Below, in pieces: positions 29,438 through 41,592 of a stretch of DNA of 64,000 nt (within the stretch, counting starts at the first letter, position 1; the number at the start of each line of letters is the position of its first letter). The notes under the pieces are model-generated. The model did not search any database, was not told where the DNA came from, and saw nothing but the letters and a program-made list of their open reading frames with translations. Source of the DNA: Dendrobates tinctorius. Its lineage: Eukaryota. The translations under genes and the position numbers were made by a program. The DNA lies in contig NW_027361690.1 of NCBI RefSeq assembly GCF_039654945.1, forward strand, positions 19,654,001 through 19,718,000. Reading direction: 5' to 3'.

Positions 29438-31590
29438 TATATGCTCTGCTAGCCGGCGGATGTAAACACTTTGAATGGAGTAGCAAAGCTTCTAATAGAA
29501 GCTGTTCTGCAGTACCCGGCAGCAGTCACTACACACTGGATGGATCAGCACTTTGATGTTCTATTCAAAGCCTTTACATCTGATGGTCGGAAAAGCAAAT
29601 GACAGTTGCTGGGTGTTGGGCCCACCTAATCTGATATTGATGACCTTTACAGTGGACAAGTCATCAATATGTTGTCACCGGACAACCCCCGCTATATGTC
29701 CATCTCACATTGAAGGTCTATTTTTGGGAAATCTATTGTGACAGTAGTAGTAACAGATCTACAATGCCTTCTCCTTCCAGAACAAAAAGTCAATTTTTAG
29801 AGATTTCACGGGTACCAAGAATGTTCAAAGCATATCAGCACTGATAAATCAGTACACGAGACACTATAGTACAAGTATAATAGGGAGATGCTGACCCAAC
29901 ACGAGGTATAAGCATATAATTTATGACCGAAGCTGCACAATTATATTTAATAACTGTGCTATGGGACACAAACAAGGCCATATAACTAGTGTGGTCAGCC
30001 TGGTTTAGTAGGCTTAGACCCCCTACATCTTACAGAGCCAATGGGTGAGGTTTTATTGCTGACCATAGTAACATCTGAAAGAGGTTTTCCCCAAGTTTAT
30101 GTGGAATTATAACATGGATTTATGCCTCATCCCTCCATTGTGTACTACAAGCAGTTTCTATGAAAAATGTCCTTTACTTTAACTAAAAACTATCACCAGA
30201 TCAAAACTGCCCACTATTTTGTTCGGTTTACTTTACTCCCCTGAGTACTAAGTATTCCACTTTATAACATCCGCCAAATGGTTCCAGGGATATGGGTTAA
30301 TTTCTTGTTGGTCTTTACCAATGGGGAGTGGCTCGTTGAGTAGCCAACATACCACGCTCCTTTGTAAAGACTAGAAAATTTCCCACTAAATATAAAAGCC
30401 AACATCTTTGGAACTGTATGGTAGATTTAAAAATAAATAAATAAATAAAAAACTGAATACTCAATCGAGGCGCGGGGGAAGACATAGAGCAACAACTGGC
30501 AACAAGTACTCTTTAAAATTAACCTGACAGCTGATACGTGCTGCCTGATCCACGGGCAGCATGTATCAGACACTGGCTGTGTGATCTCAGACAGGGATGT
30601 TTGACTGTGAAATGCTGCTTAGTTTAAATGCCGCTGGGGACCGAGCAGCACTGGAAATTAGTCGGACAGTGCTTCTTCACGCCCGTTGCCCGAGAGTGAC
30701 AGGTCTTTGCCTATACGCGCACGTTCATGAGCCTCATTCACTTGATTTCAAATATTCTGAGTTATTACTTCCCCTACTGACTACAGTGTACACTACATCA
30801 CAAGTGAATTCAAATAGTTATAGGCAGTCTGTCACACACCCCAAAATGATAAAAATCATACTAGCACTATATGTTACCGGTAGAGTGCATAAGAAAATAA
30901 TTTAAATTCATATGCAAATGAGGGGACTTCTGTGCACCCATCACATGGCCAAGAGCTTGCTACACGGCTATACCCCTTATTTTGCATGTTGGGCTCTTCC
31001 CTGCCTCTGATTGTCAGCACTCATTTCCTAGAGCAAGTGCTGCCTGAAGTCAGCTGGTATGTGTGTGCATACATACCTGCTACACTTCCAGGTGTATCAG
31101 AGAAGCCAGCGGCCTCAGCAGAGAGGAGAATGGAAGAGAACACACCTGGTCACTGTGTGCGAGGGGAAAAATGGGGAACAATGCATCTGGCCACTGTGCG
31201 AGTGGGGAACAATGGAGAAAAACGCAACGGACCACTGTGTGCACAGGAAGTAAGGGAGGAGAACGCACCAGACCACTGGGTGGATGGGGAGAAAGGGAGG
31301 AGAACGCACCTGGCCACTGTGTGCATGGGGAACAAGGGAGAAGAATTCATCCGGCCACTGTAGGCGTGGGAAGCAAGGGAGGAGAACGCACCTGGCCACT
31401 GTGTGCAAGGGGAGAAGGGAGGAGAATGCATCTCGCCACTGTGTGCACAGGGAGCGATGTAGAAGAACGCAACGGACCACTGTGTGCACAGGAAGTAAGG
31501 GAGGAGAACGCACCAGACCACTGGGTGCATGGGGAGAAAGGGAGGAGAACGCACCTGGCCACTGTTTGCGTGGGGAACAAAGCAGAAGAA

Positions 31591-31961
31591 CACAGCAGCC
31601 CCACCCTGCCCCAAGCTTTATTTAATTGTGCACCTGTATCTGAACCTGCATTGCCCTTCATCTATGCTTGCTGGTCAGGCAATGTGTGGAGGCTAAACCT
31701 GACACGTCTGCATTCAGACCTGGTTGGCCTTCATCCGCACTTGCCTTTTCTGGCATCATGGGAGCGATCCAGAAATGCTCAGGTACGGATTGCATTTAAA
31801 GTGGTCTTGCTTTTAATGTATCTACGAGGCCATAATGGCACAGTGTTTATTAAAAACGTAGAGTAGGACCCCCCACATGAGATTGCCTTGGCGCGGCGGG
31901 GTGGCTCAGTTGAATTGATCAATTTTTTTGCTAAATATCTCATTTTGAATACAGTTCTTTT
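31591..31961 (+). mobile_element. 371-bp non-coding insertion carrying a structured-RNA motif, flanked by a 166-bp perfect duplication
   Basis: 31425-31590 is identical to 31962-32127. Motif at 31864-31943. Confidence 0.75.
31864..31943 (+). ncRNA. Candidate HDV/CPEB3-like ribozyme motif
   Basis: ACCCC pairs with GGGGU; AUGAGAU pairs with AUCUCAU; GCC-UUGGCGC-GGC hairpin; hairpin centred on UUGAUCAA; GCUAA before the closing helix. Confidence 0.5.
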
Positions 31962-33418
31962 AATGCATCTCGCCACTGTGTGCACAGGGAGCGATGTAGA
32001 AGAACGCAACGGACCACTGTGTGCACAGGAAGTAAGGGAGGAGAACGCACCAGACCACTGGGTGCATGGGGAGAAAGGGAGGAGAACGCACCTGGCCACT
32101 GTTTGCGTGGGGAACAAAGCAGAAGAATTCATCCGGCCACTGTGTGCGCGGGAAGCAAGGGAGGAGAACGCACCTGGCCACTGTGTGCAAGGGGAGAAGG
32201 GAGGAGAATGCATCTGGCCACTGTGTGCACAGGAAGCGATGTAGAAGAACGCAACGGGCCACTGTGTGACCGGGAAGCAAGGGAGGAGATTGCACCCGGC
32301 CACTGTGTGAATGGGGAGCAAGGGAGGAGAACGCAACTGTCCACTCTGTGCGTGGGGAGCAAGGGAGAAGAATTCATCTGGCCAATATGTGCGCAGGGAG
32401 CAACAGAGGAGAACGCACCTGGCTACTGTGTGCGTGGGGAGCAATGGAAAAGAACACATCGGGCCACTATGTGGATCGGGAGCAAGGGAGGAGAACGCAC
32501 CTGGCCACTGTGTGCAAGGGGAGAAGGGAGGAGAATGCATCTGGCCACTGTGTGCACAGGGAGCGATGTAGAAGAACGCAACGGGCCACTGTGTGACCGG
32601 GAAGCAAGGGAGGAGATTGCACCCGGCCACTGTGTGAATGGGGAGCAAGGGAGGAGAATGTAACTGTCCACTGTGTGCGTGGGGAGCAAGGGAGAAGAAT
32701 TCATCTGGCCACTATGTGCGCAGGGAGCAACAGAGGAGAACGCACCTGGCTATTGTGTGCGTGGGTAGCAATGGAAAAGAACACATCGGGCCACTATGTG
32801 GATGGGGAGCAAGGGAGAACGCACCTGACCACTGTGTGCATGGGGAACAAGGGAGAATTCATCCGGCCACTGTGTGCACGGGAAGCAAGGGAGGAGAACG
32901 CACCTGGCCACTGTGTGCAAGGAGAGAAGGAAGGAGAATGCATCTGGCCACTGTGTGCACAGGAAGCGATGGAAAAGAACACATCGGGCCACTATGTGGA
33001 TGGGGAGCAAGGGAGGAGAACGCACCTGGCCACGGTGTGTGCAGGTGGCTGGGCACAGGCAGTGTCAGTGCAGACAAGCACACACAATGATTACCTTTAT
33101 GCAGAGCTCACTCTGGGAAGCGAGCGTTGTCAATCAGGAGTGGGGGGGAAACCTCCAACATTGAAAATTAGGTCACATAATAGTGCACTGAGTTCTTGGC
33201 CACTCCAAGAGTGCACCAAAGTGCTCTCATTTACAAACAAATTAAAAGTTATTTTCTCAGGCAGTGTACTGGTAACAGGTAAAGTGCTAGTATGAGTTTT
33301 ACAGGGGCTAAGTTCCCTACATCACACTATAACTCATTTAAAAATACAATTTAGGGGCAAAAGACTTCTCTTAAGTCTCGCAGCACTCCTTCAAGCGCAT
33401 AATAAATATATATATATA

Positions 33419-35021
33419 CAGTCGTGCTCAAAAGTTTACATACCCTGGCAGAATTTTTACTTTCTTGGCCTTTTCCCAGAGAACATGAATGATAACACCA
33501 AAACTTTTTCTCCACTCATGGTTAGTGGTTGGGTGAAAACATTTATTGTCAAACTACAGTGTTTTCTCTTTTTAAATCATAATGACAACACAAAACATCC
33601 AAATGACCTTGATCAAAAGTTCACATACCTTGGTGATTTTGGCCTGGTAACCTGCACAGAAGTTGACAGAAATGGGTTTGACTGGCTACTAAAGGTAACA
33701 TCCTCACCTGTGACCTGTTTGCTTGTAATCAGTGTGTGCATAAAAGCTGAGTGAGTTTCTGGGATTCAGAAAGACTTCTGCATCTTTTATCCAGCCACTG
33801 ACGTTTCTGGATTGTGAGTCATGGGGAAAGCAAAAGAATTGTCAACGGTTCTACGGGAAATGGTAGTTGAACTGTATAAAACAGGAAAGGATACAAAAAG
33901 ATATCCAGTGAATTGAAAAGCCAGTCAGCAGCATTCAAACTGTGATTAACAAATGGAAAATCAGAGGCTCTGTAAAAACAAAACCAAGGTCAGGTAAACC
34001 AACAAAAATTTTGTCCACAACTGCCAGGAAAATTGTTCGGGATGCAAAGAAAAACCCACAAATTATATCAGGTGAAATAATGGACTCTCTGAAAACTAAT
34101 GGTGTGGCTGCTGCATGGTCGAGTCACCAGAAGAAAGCCAATACTGCGCAAATGCCACAAAGTATCTTGCCAACAATACACAAAACAGCATAGAGACAAG
34201 CCTCAAAACTTCTGGAACAAGGTAACTTGGAGTGATGAGGCCAAAATTTAACATTCTGGCCACAACCATAAACGTTACATTTGGAGAGAGGTCAACAAGT
34301 ACTATGATGAAAGGAACAGCATTCCTATTGTACAGCATGGAGGTGGATCGCTGATGTTTTTGGGATGTGTGAGCTACAAAGGCACAGGAAACTTGGTCAA
34401 AGTTGAAGAAGGATAGATAAATGCAGCATGTTATCAGCAAATACAGGAGGCAAATTTGCAATGGTCAGCCAGGAAGCTGCGCATGGGGCGTACTTGGACG
34501 TTCCAACATGACTACGATCCAAAACACAAGGCCATGTCAACCTGTCATTGGCTACAGCAGAACAAAGTGAAGGTTCTAGAGTGGCCATCTCAGTCTCCTG
34601 ACCTCAAAATCGTTGATCCACTCTGGGGAAATCTCAAGCACGCAGTTCATGCCAGACAGCCCAGGAATTTACAGGAACTGGAGGCTTTTTTCCAAAAAGA
34701 GTGGTCAGCTTTACCATCTGAGAAAATAAAGAATCTCATCTACAACTACCACAAATGACTTCAAGCTGTCACTGATGTTAGACGGGGCAATACATGATAT
34801 TAAGAAATGGGGTATGTGAATTTTTGATCCGGGGCCTTTGGATGTTTTAGGTTGTCATTATGATTTAAAAAGAGAAAACACAGTAGTTTGACAATAAATG
34901 GCCTCACCCAACCACTAACCATGAGTGGAGAAAAAGTTTTGGTGTTATCATTCATATTCTCTGAAAAAAGACCAAGAAAGCAAAAATTCTGCTGAGGTAT
35001 TTAAACTTTTGAGCACAACTG
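33419..35021 (+). mobile_element. Degenerate full-length Tc1 element
   Basis: TA|CAGTCGTGCTCAAAAG...CTTTTGAGCACAACTG|TA, ~200-bp TIRs, frameshifted transposase ([17 protein letters not shown]). Confidence 0.92.
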
Positions 35022-36432
35022 TATATAAAAAAGTATCTATCTAATCCAGGAAAAAAGGTAGCAGACCAATCCCTTGTAAGTGAAAAACCATCCCTTTTTA
35101 TTCACCCATAATATAAATGTGTTTTAGATCCAAACAGAATACTGAGCCTTCCATTAGCTTCCTTTTTTTCACAGGGATTACATTTTTTGGACATTTGGAT
35201 ACATTTCCTGGGGCTTGCACCCACATATATACAAGTGCTGCTGTAATTGTTTTTTATTTCTTTCTTTTACATCTATCATGTATCTATTATCTATCTATCT
35301 ATCTATCATCATTCTTTGTTCCTAAATTCTATTATACCACTATATTCCCATATATAACAGTGCCAGATTACAAAACTGACACTGCAGGAATATTCGGACT
35401 TGCTGGGATTTACTTGACTGCTTTCTCCTCCTGGAATGCGCCTCGCTTCCATACTCCAAGTATTTAGGTAACCTCCGGTTTATCGTGATGCAATATACGT
35501 CAGAGAGACGCCAACTGCACCCGATAAAGTATGTCCATATACATCAGCCTTGTTTTAAACAAAAGTATTTGGAAAAATGCGCTCTCTAAAATAATTCACT
35601 TTTATTATCTGTTAGAAAAAAAAAATCTGCACATAGCTGACATAGTTTGGCACGAGCGCTCTATATCCTGTCATTTTTATGCAGACTGTCAGAACAATTC
35701 TTGAGCTTAATCTCTGTCAGGGATCCCATAGCAATTCCACAGTAACAGAGAAATGACACCATGGAATCAGTGTAATATTACAGCATCGGACGCGTCACTG
35801 AACATGACACCTTAACTCATTCAACATGCTTAACACTGCAATTAGCATTTTCCATCTAATTTCCAAATAAATATTGCAATCATATTTTGTATCTATTTAA
35901 AAAGTTCTGTGCACCCAAACCGATATGACAGTAAACCTATCCAACCCCTTCTAATATCTGCATTCCATATAAGCCTGTGTGAGTGAGAACAAGAGCTAGC
36001 AGTGAAGGAAATCTCTACTCATGATGTAAAGGTCCACTCCCCAGTTTTGTGTCATCGACATGATATAACATCTTGATCCCAGTGCTTGCGCCATATGGAG
36101 CCCACCCTAGTGATCAAGGCAGAAAGCCCCCAACAATGGCATTCATTTAAAGATCCCTAAGCATCTCTGGACAATGACACAGGACTTAGATCTGGCACGG
36201 TTTAGTGGTGCTGGCACCTTGATAGAACTGTGCCAGGAGGCATTATTTCATAGTTATACCCAGCATACATGAAGTTCCTGTCATCACTTTACTAGAGATA
36301 CGGTACCTGCTTCAAATCTGCACCCACAAAATAAATAATATAAATAAAATAAAAAATGGTTACATATGTGCATATAAATAGTGAAGATATTGCCAATAAA
36401 CTCAATTCATAATCATTAGACAATACACATGG

Positions 36433-36565
36433 NNNNNNNNNNNNNNNNNNNNNNNNNNNNNNNNNNNNNNNNNNNNNNNNNNNNNNNNNNNNNNNNNNNN
36501 NNNNNNNNNNNNNNNNNNNNNNNNNNNNNNNNNNNNNNNNNNNNNNNNNNNNNNNNNNNNNNNNN
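36433..36565. other. Assembly gap (133 N)
   Basis: Run of N. Confidence 1.
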
Positions 36566-36593
36566 GACAGATAGATAATAGATAGAAGATGGC

Positions 36594-36648
<55 letters not shown>

Positions 36649-36689
36649 CTGTAGATAGATAGAGGATGGCATAGATAGGGGATAGACAA

Positions 36690-36733
<44 letters not shown>

Positions 36734-37029
36734 CAGATAGGAGATAGATAGTTGATAGATATAGAATTATATATAAAGATAGAGATAGATAGATAGATAG
36801 ATGGCATAGATAGGGGATAGATAGATAGATATATAGATAGATAGATAGATAGATGGCATAGATAGGAAATAGATAGATAGATAGTATAGATAGGATATAG
36901 ATAGATAGATAGATAGATAGATAGATGGCATAGATAGGAGATAGATAGATGGCATAGATAGGAGATAGATAGATAGGAGATAGATAGCATAGATAGGAGA
37001 TAGATAGATAGATAGATGGCATAGATGGC

Positions 37030-37088
<59 letters not shown>

Positions 37089-37129
37089 CTGTAGATAGAT
37101 AGAGGATGGCATAGATAGGGGATAGACAA

Positions 37130-37179
<50 letters not shown>

Positions 37180-37423
37180 GGCAGATAGGAGATAGATAGT
37201 TGATGGATATAGAATTATATATAAAGATAGATATAGATAGATAGATATATAGATAGATAGATAGATAGATAGATAGATGGCAGATAGGAGATAGATAGAT
37301 AGATGGCATAGATAGGGGATATATAGATAGATAGATGGCATAGATAGGAGATAGATAGATAGGAGATAGATAGATAGATAGATGGCATAGATAGGAGATA
37401 GATAGGAGATAGATAGATAGCAG

Positions 37424-37492
<69 letters not shown>

Positions 37493-37541
37493 CTGTAGAT
37501 AGATAGAGGATGGCATAGATAGGGGATAGACAAATAGATAA

Positions 37542-37590
<49 letters not shown>

Positions 37591-37683
37591 AGATAGCAGA
37601 TAGGAGATAGATAGTTGATAGATATAGAATTATATATAAAGATAGATATAGATAGATAGATAGATAGATAGATGGCAGATTGG

Positions 37684-37727
<44 letters not shown>

Positions 37728-37767
37728 GGCATAGATAGATGGCATAGATAGGAGATAGATAGATAGG

Positions 37768-37823
<56 letters not shown>

Positions 37824-37876
37824 GGCAGATAGGAGATAGATAGTTGATAGATATAGAATTATATATAAAGATAGAT

Positions 37877-37908
<32 letters not shown>

Positions 37909-37935
37909 GAGATAGATAGATAATAGATAGTATAG
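36566..37935. repeat. Compound (GATA)n microsatellite array
   Basis: Directly visible, with recurring interruptions. Confidence 0.98.
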
Positions 37936-38091
37936 ACAAACATTATAATACAATGGCTTTAGGCATTGTTATGCAGACAATATAATTAGCATCTAATTAA
38001 TGCCAATCTGCCATTTAATGACATGAATTCTTCCAGAGAGCAGGGATGCAGAGAACAGTCATAGATGGGAATGATCACTGGTGCTATTTAC

Positions 38092-38252
38092 CCTTTCAGG
38101 ACATCATGCCCCACGCCGGCTCCTCCACCTCTCCTCTTGGCTCGGTTGGCTCGGGGCTCCTTCAGTGTCTCTGATGTCACCTCTTTGTCGCTGGCACTGA
38201 AGGAGAACACTGTCAGTCCCAGCGCCAGCCCCAGCAGAGTACCCAGCCTCAT
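38092..38252 (-). CDS. fbn1: Fibrillin-1 first coding exon (signal peptide and propeptide)
   Basis: MRLGTLLGLALGLTVF...KEPRANRAKRRGGGAGVGHDVLKG matches the FBN1 N-terminus as I recall it (..KETRASRAKRRGGGGHDALKG), including the furin site RAKR. Ends at a phase-2 donor GG|GTAAAT. Possible acceptor TTTCAG| at 38343. Confidence 0.9.
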
Positions 38253-38339
38253 CCTGATCCACAGCAGTGTCCGGCTCAGCTCTGTGCTCCACGGGGTCCT
38301 GTCCAAAAGAAGAAAGAACAGTCTTCTCACATTAGGAGG

Positions 38340-38790
38340 AAGCTGAAAGCGACCGAAGCCCCAGCAGAAGCGCTATCTACCCCTGTCCGGCTCTCTCGCC
38401 TCCGGCTCCGGTGCACCCTGCTCCAAAGTAGCGTTACGCAGGCAAAAGGGCGCACAGCCCGACCCCCAGGACGCACGCTGGCCAAGAAGTGCTCTTCCAG
38501 GGGGCTTCAGCAGGCTGTGAGAGCTGCACACGCCATGGCGATGCTTGTGCTGTCAGGGCAGATGCTATTAAGAATTTATACAACCAAGTGGCCGTTAGGG
38601 ACAATAAACAAGATAAAAAGCCTTATGGCAGAGAACCCGCCCAGCGCCATCAGCAGAGCTGCGGCTGCTCCTACTCAGGGCTCTGCCTTTCTTGGCTGCT
38701 GCAGCTGGTGAGGCTGTCCGGGGGCTGTGCGCTCAGTGCGAGCCCACCATACAGGCAGCAGGCTCGGGGTCACCGGCACCAGCACTGCTA
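38340..38790 (-). promoter_or_regulatory. GC/CpG-rich region 5' of the fbn1 first coding exon (promoter or non-coding exons)
   Basis: Unique, CpG-rich sequence adjacent to the exon. TSS not determined. Confidence 0.45.
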
Positions 38791-40145
38791 GGGGTGAGGA
38801 GACTCTGGGGGTGAGGAGACCCTGGGGGTGAGGAGACTCTAGGGGTGAGGAGAGCCTGGGGGTGAGGAGACTCTAGGGGTGAGGAGACCCTGGGGTGAGG
38901 AGACTAGGGGTGAGGAGAGCCTGGGGGTGAGGAGACCCTGGGGTGAGGAGACTCTAGGGGTGAGGAGACCCTGGGGTGAGGAGACACTAGGGGTGAGGAG
39001 ACCCTGGGGGTGAGGAGACCCTGGGGGTGAGGAGACACTAGGGGTGAGGAGACACTGGGGGTGAGGAGACTAGGGGTGAGGAGAGCCTGGGGGTGAGGAG
39101 ACCCTGGGGTGAGGAGACTCTAGGGGTGAGGAGAGCCTGGGGGTGAGGAGACTCTAGGGGTGAGGAGACCCTGGGGTGAGGAGACTAGGGGTGAGGAGAC
39201 TAGGGGTGAGGAGACCCTGGGGTGAGGAGACTAGGGGTGAGGAGACCCTGGGGTGAGGAGACTCTAGGGGTGAGGAGACCCTGGGGTGAGGAGACACTAG
39301 GGGTGAGGAGACACTAGGGGTGAGGAGACCCTGGGGGTGAGGAGACCCTAGGGGTGAGGAGACCCTGGGGGTGAGGAGACACTAGGGGTGAGGAGACACT
39401 GGGGGTGAGGAGACTAGGGGTGAGGAGAGCCTGGGGGTGAGGAGACTCTAGGGGTGAGGAGACCCTGGGGTGAGGAGACTCTAGGGGTGAGGAGAGCCTG
39501 GGGGTGAGGAGACTCTAGGGGTGAGGAGACCCTGGGGTGAGGAGACTAGGGGTGAGGAGACTAGGGGTGAGGAGAGCCTGGGGGTGAGGAGACCCTGGGG
39601 TGAGGAGACTAGGGGTGAGGAGACCCTGGGGTGAGGAGACTCTAGGGGTGAGGAGACCCTGGGGTGAGGAGACACTAGGGGTGAGGAGACACTAGGGGTG
39701 AGGAGACCCTGGGGGTGAGGAGACACTAGGGGTGAGGAGACACTGGGGGTGAGGAGACTAGGGGTGAGGAGAGCCTGGGGGTGAGGAGACTCTAGGGGTG
39801 AGGAGACCCTGGGGTGAGGAGACTCGGGGTGAGGAGACCCTGGGGGTGAGGAGACTCTGGGGGTGAGGAGACCTAGGGGTGAGGAGAGCCTGGGGGTGAG
39901 GAGACACTAGGGGTGAGGAGACACTAGGGGTGAGGAGACCCCGGGGGTGAGGAGACCCTAGGGGTGAGGAGACCCTGGGGGTGAGGAGACACTAGGGGTG
40001 AGGAGACCCTGGGGGTGAGGAGACTCTAGGGGTGAGGAGATCCTGGGGGTGAGGAGACTCTAGGGGGTGAGGAGACCCTAGAGTTGAGGAGACTCTAGGG
40101 GTGAGGAGACTCTAGGGGTGAGGAGACCCTAGGGGTGAGGAGACC
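38789..40145 (+). repeat. G-rich 15-17 bp minisatellite (GGGGTGAGGAGAC...)n
   Basis: Directly visible; G4-5 runs in nearly every unit. Confidence 0.97.
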
Positions 40146-40494
40146 TCTGGGATCCGGGTCACTTCTCTCTGGAGACACTGGGTTTGCTCTGATGCAGGAC
40201 ATCTTAAAGGGCACTGCTACTTAAAGGGAATCCTACACCGCCAACACTGAAATGGAACCATTAATACATTCATGTAGGAGACTTAGACTCTATAGAAATT
40301 ATACTTGTGTTAAAGATTTTGATTATTTTGCCCAAAATGACCGTAGGTAAAGCAGGATGCCGATAATAGGGAAGAAAGCAATGATGGAGAAGGGAGAGTC
40401 AGCGCCTCCATCATGCTTCCTCTGACACAGGGTCAAACTGGCCCACCGGAGAACTGGAGGATTAGCGCAGCGGGCTTGATGACGTCACTACAAC

Positions 40495-40850
40495 AACATG
40501 GAAGGCTATGTGGGCCATTATATTATATAGAAGGCTATGTGAGACAAATTATATTATATAAAGGCAATATGGGGCCCATTACATTATATAGAAGGCTATG
40601 TAGGGGCCATTACATTATATGGAAGGCTATGTAGGGGCCATTACATTATATGGAAGGCTATATGGGGCATAATATACTGTTTAAAGAGCTATATGAGGGC
40701 CATTATACTGTTTGGAGAGTTATGTGGGAGCCATTATACTGTTTGGAGGGCTACAGGGGGATATCATACTGTTTGGGGGGCTTTGTGGGGCCATCATACT
40801 GTGTGGGTGCCATCATAATTTGTGGAGGGCTGTGTTGAGGTGTCCAACTG
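40495..40850. repeat. Degenerate ~29-bp tandem repeat (ggggccattatattatatggaaggctatgt-like)
   Basis: Directly visible; probably internal to an old non-autonomous element. Confidence 0.7.
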
Positions 40851-41086
40851 AGTTTCGGTATAATACTGAGTTGGGGGGTCACCATACTTTACCGGGTGGT
40901 TACATATGAGAAACTGGGTCTGAGCAGAAAAAGTAAATTAATGTGCATGCAAAATGTAATTGCATATGAACACATGACCTTTACACAGAGAAAACCAAAA
41001 ACAAAACACAAAACAAATATCCTGGAATAAAAAAGTAAAAAAATCTATTGCAAAAATTGCATGAAGGTAGTAATAATAGTAATAAT

Positions 41087-41170
41087 AAGGGTATTTAGTT
41101 AACATAATTTTGATCAAAATAATGTAGAAGCCATCCCGCCACGTCACGGCAACCCTTGTGGGACAGTCCT
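41087..41170 (-). ncRNA. Candidate HDV/CPEB3-like ribozyme motif, copy 1
   Basis: (CU)GUCCC pairs with GGGAU(GG); AAGGGU pairs with ACCCUU; GCC-GUGACGU-GGC hairpin; ACAU..UUUUGAUCAAAA..AUGU hairpin; ACUAA. Confidence 0.5.
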
Positions 41171-41508
41171 AACTCTTGTATTTAAAAACCTTTCCACTTG
41201 TCAAGTGACGTAAATGTGAACAAGGACAGAGGGACTGAACCACCAGTAATAGTGTAGGCCAGACAGGATGGATTTTCCAACTCAGAAACAGGGCGGTCAC
41301 ACCCTTATATGCACAGAATGCACAATGAAACAAATGAGAAACTGGGTCTGAGCAGAAAAAGTAAATTAATGTGCATGCAAAATGTAATTGCATATGAACA
41401 CATGACCTTTACACAGAGAAAACAAAACACAAAACAAATATCCTGGAATAAAAAAGTAAAAAAAATCTATTGCAAAAATTGCATGAAGGTAGTAATAATA
41501 GTAATAAT

Positions 41509-41592
41509 AAGGGTATTTAGTTAACATAATTTTGATCAAAATAATGTAGAAGCCATCCCGCCATGTCACGGCAACCCTTGTGGGACAGTCCT
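41509..41592 (-). ncRNA. Candidate HDV/CPEB3-like ribozyme motif, copy 2
   Basis: Same as copy 1 except the loop reads GUGACAU. Confidence 0.45.

Larger units (their letters stand above)
31125..33040. repeat. ~41-bp tandem repeat with higher-order structure
   Basis: ccactgtg recurs at 41-bp spacing (31191, 31232, 31273...). Confidence 0.92.

Noticed and set aside
30932-33295. Cys/His-rich repetitive ORFs and a CRISPR-like periodicity
   Set aside because: A 41-bp satellite with no unique spacers, no cas genes and a eukaryotic context.
36415-36432. Minus-strand TGTATTGTC resembling the end of the next fbn1 exon (CIV) beside the gap
   Set aside because: Followed by TAA rather than a GT donor, and the preceding codon does not match; probably chance.
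36292-37953. SIYL-repeat ORFs
   Set aside because: Translation of (TATC)n.
38253-38330. N-terminal extension of the fbn1 ORF in the ORF track
   Set aside because: It starts at GTG. Similarity to FBN1 begins at the ATG at 38252.
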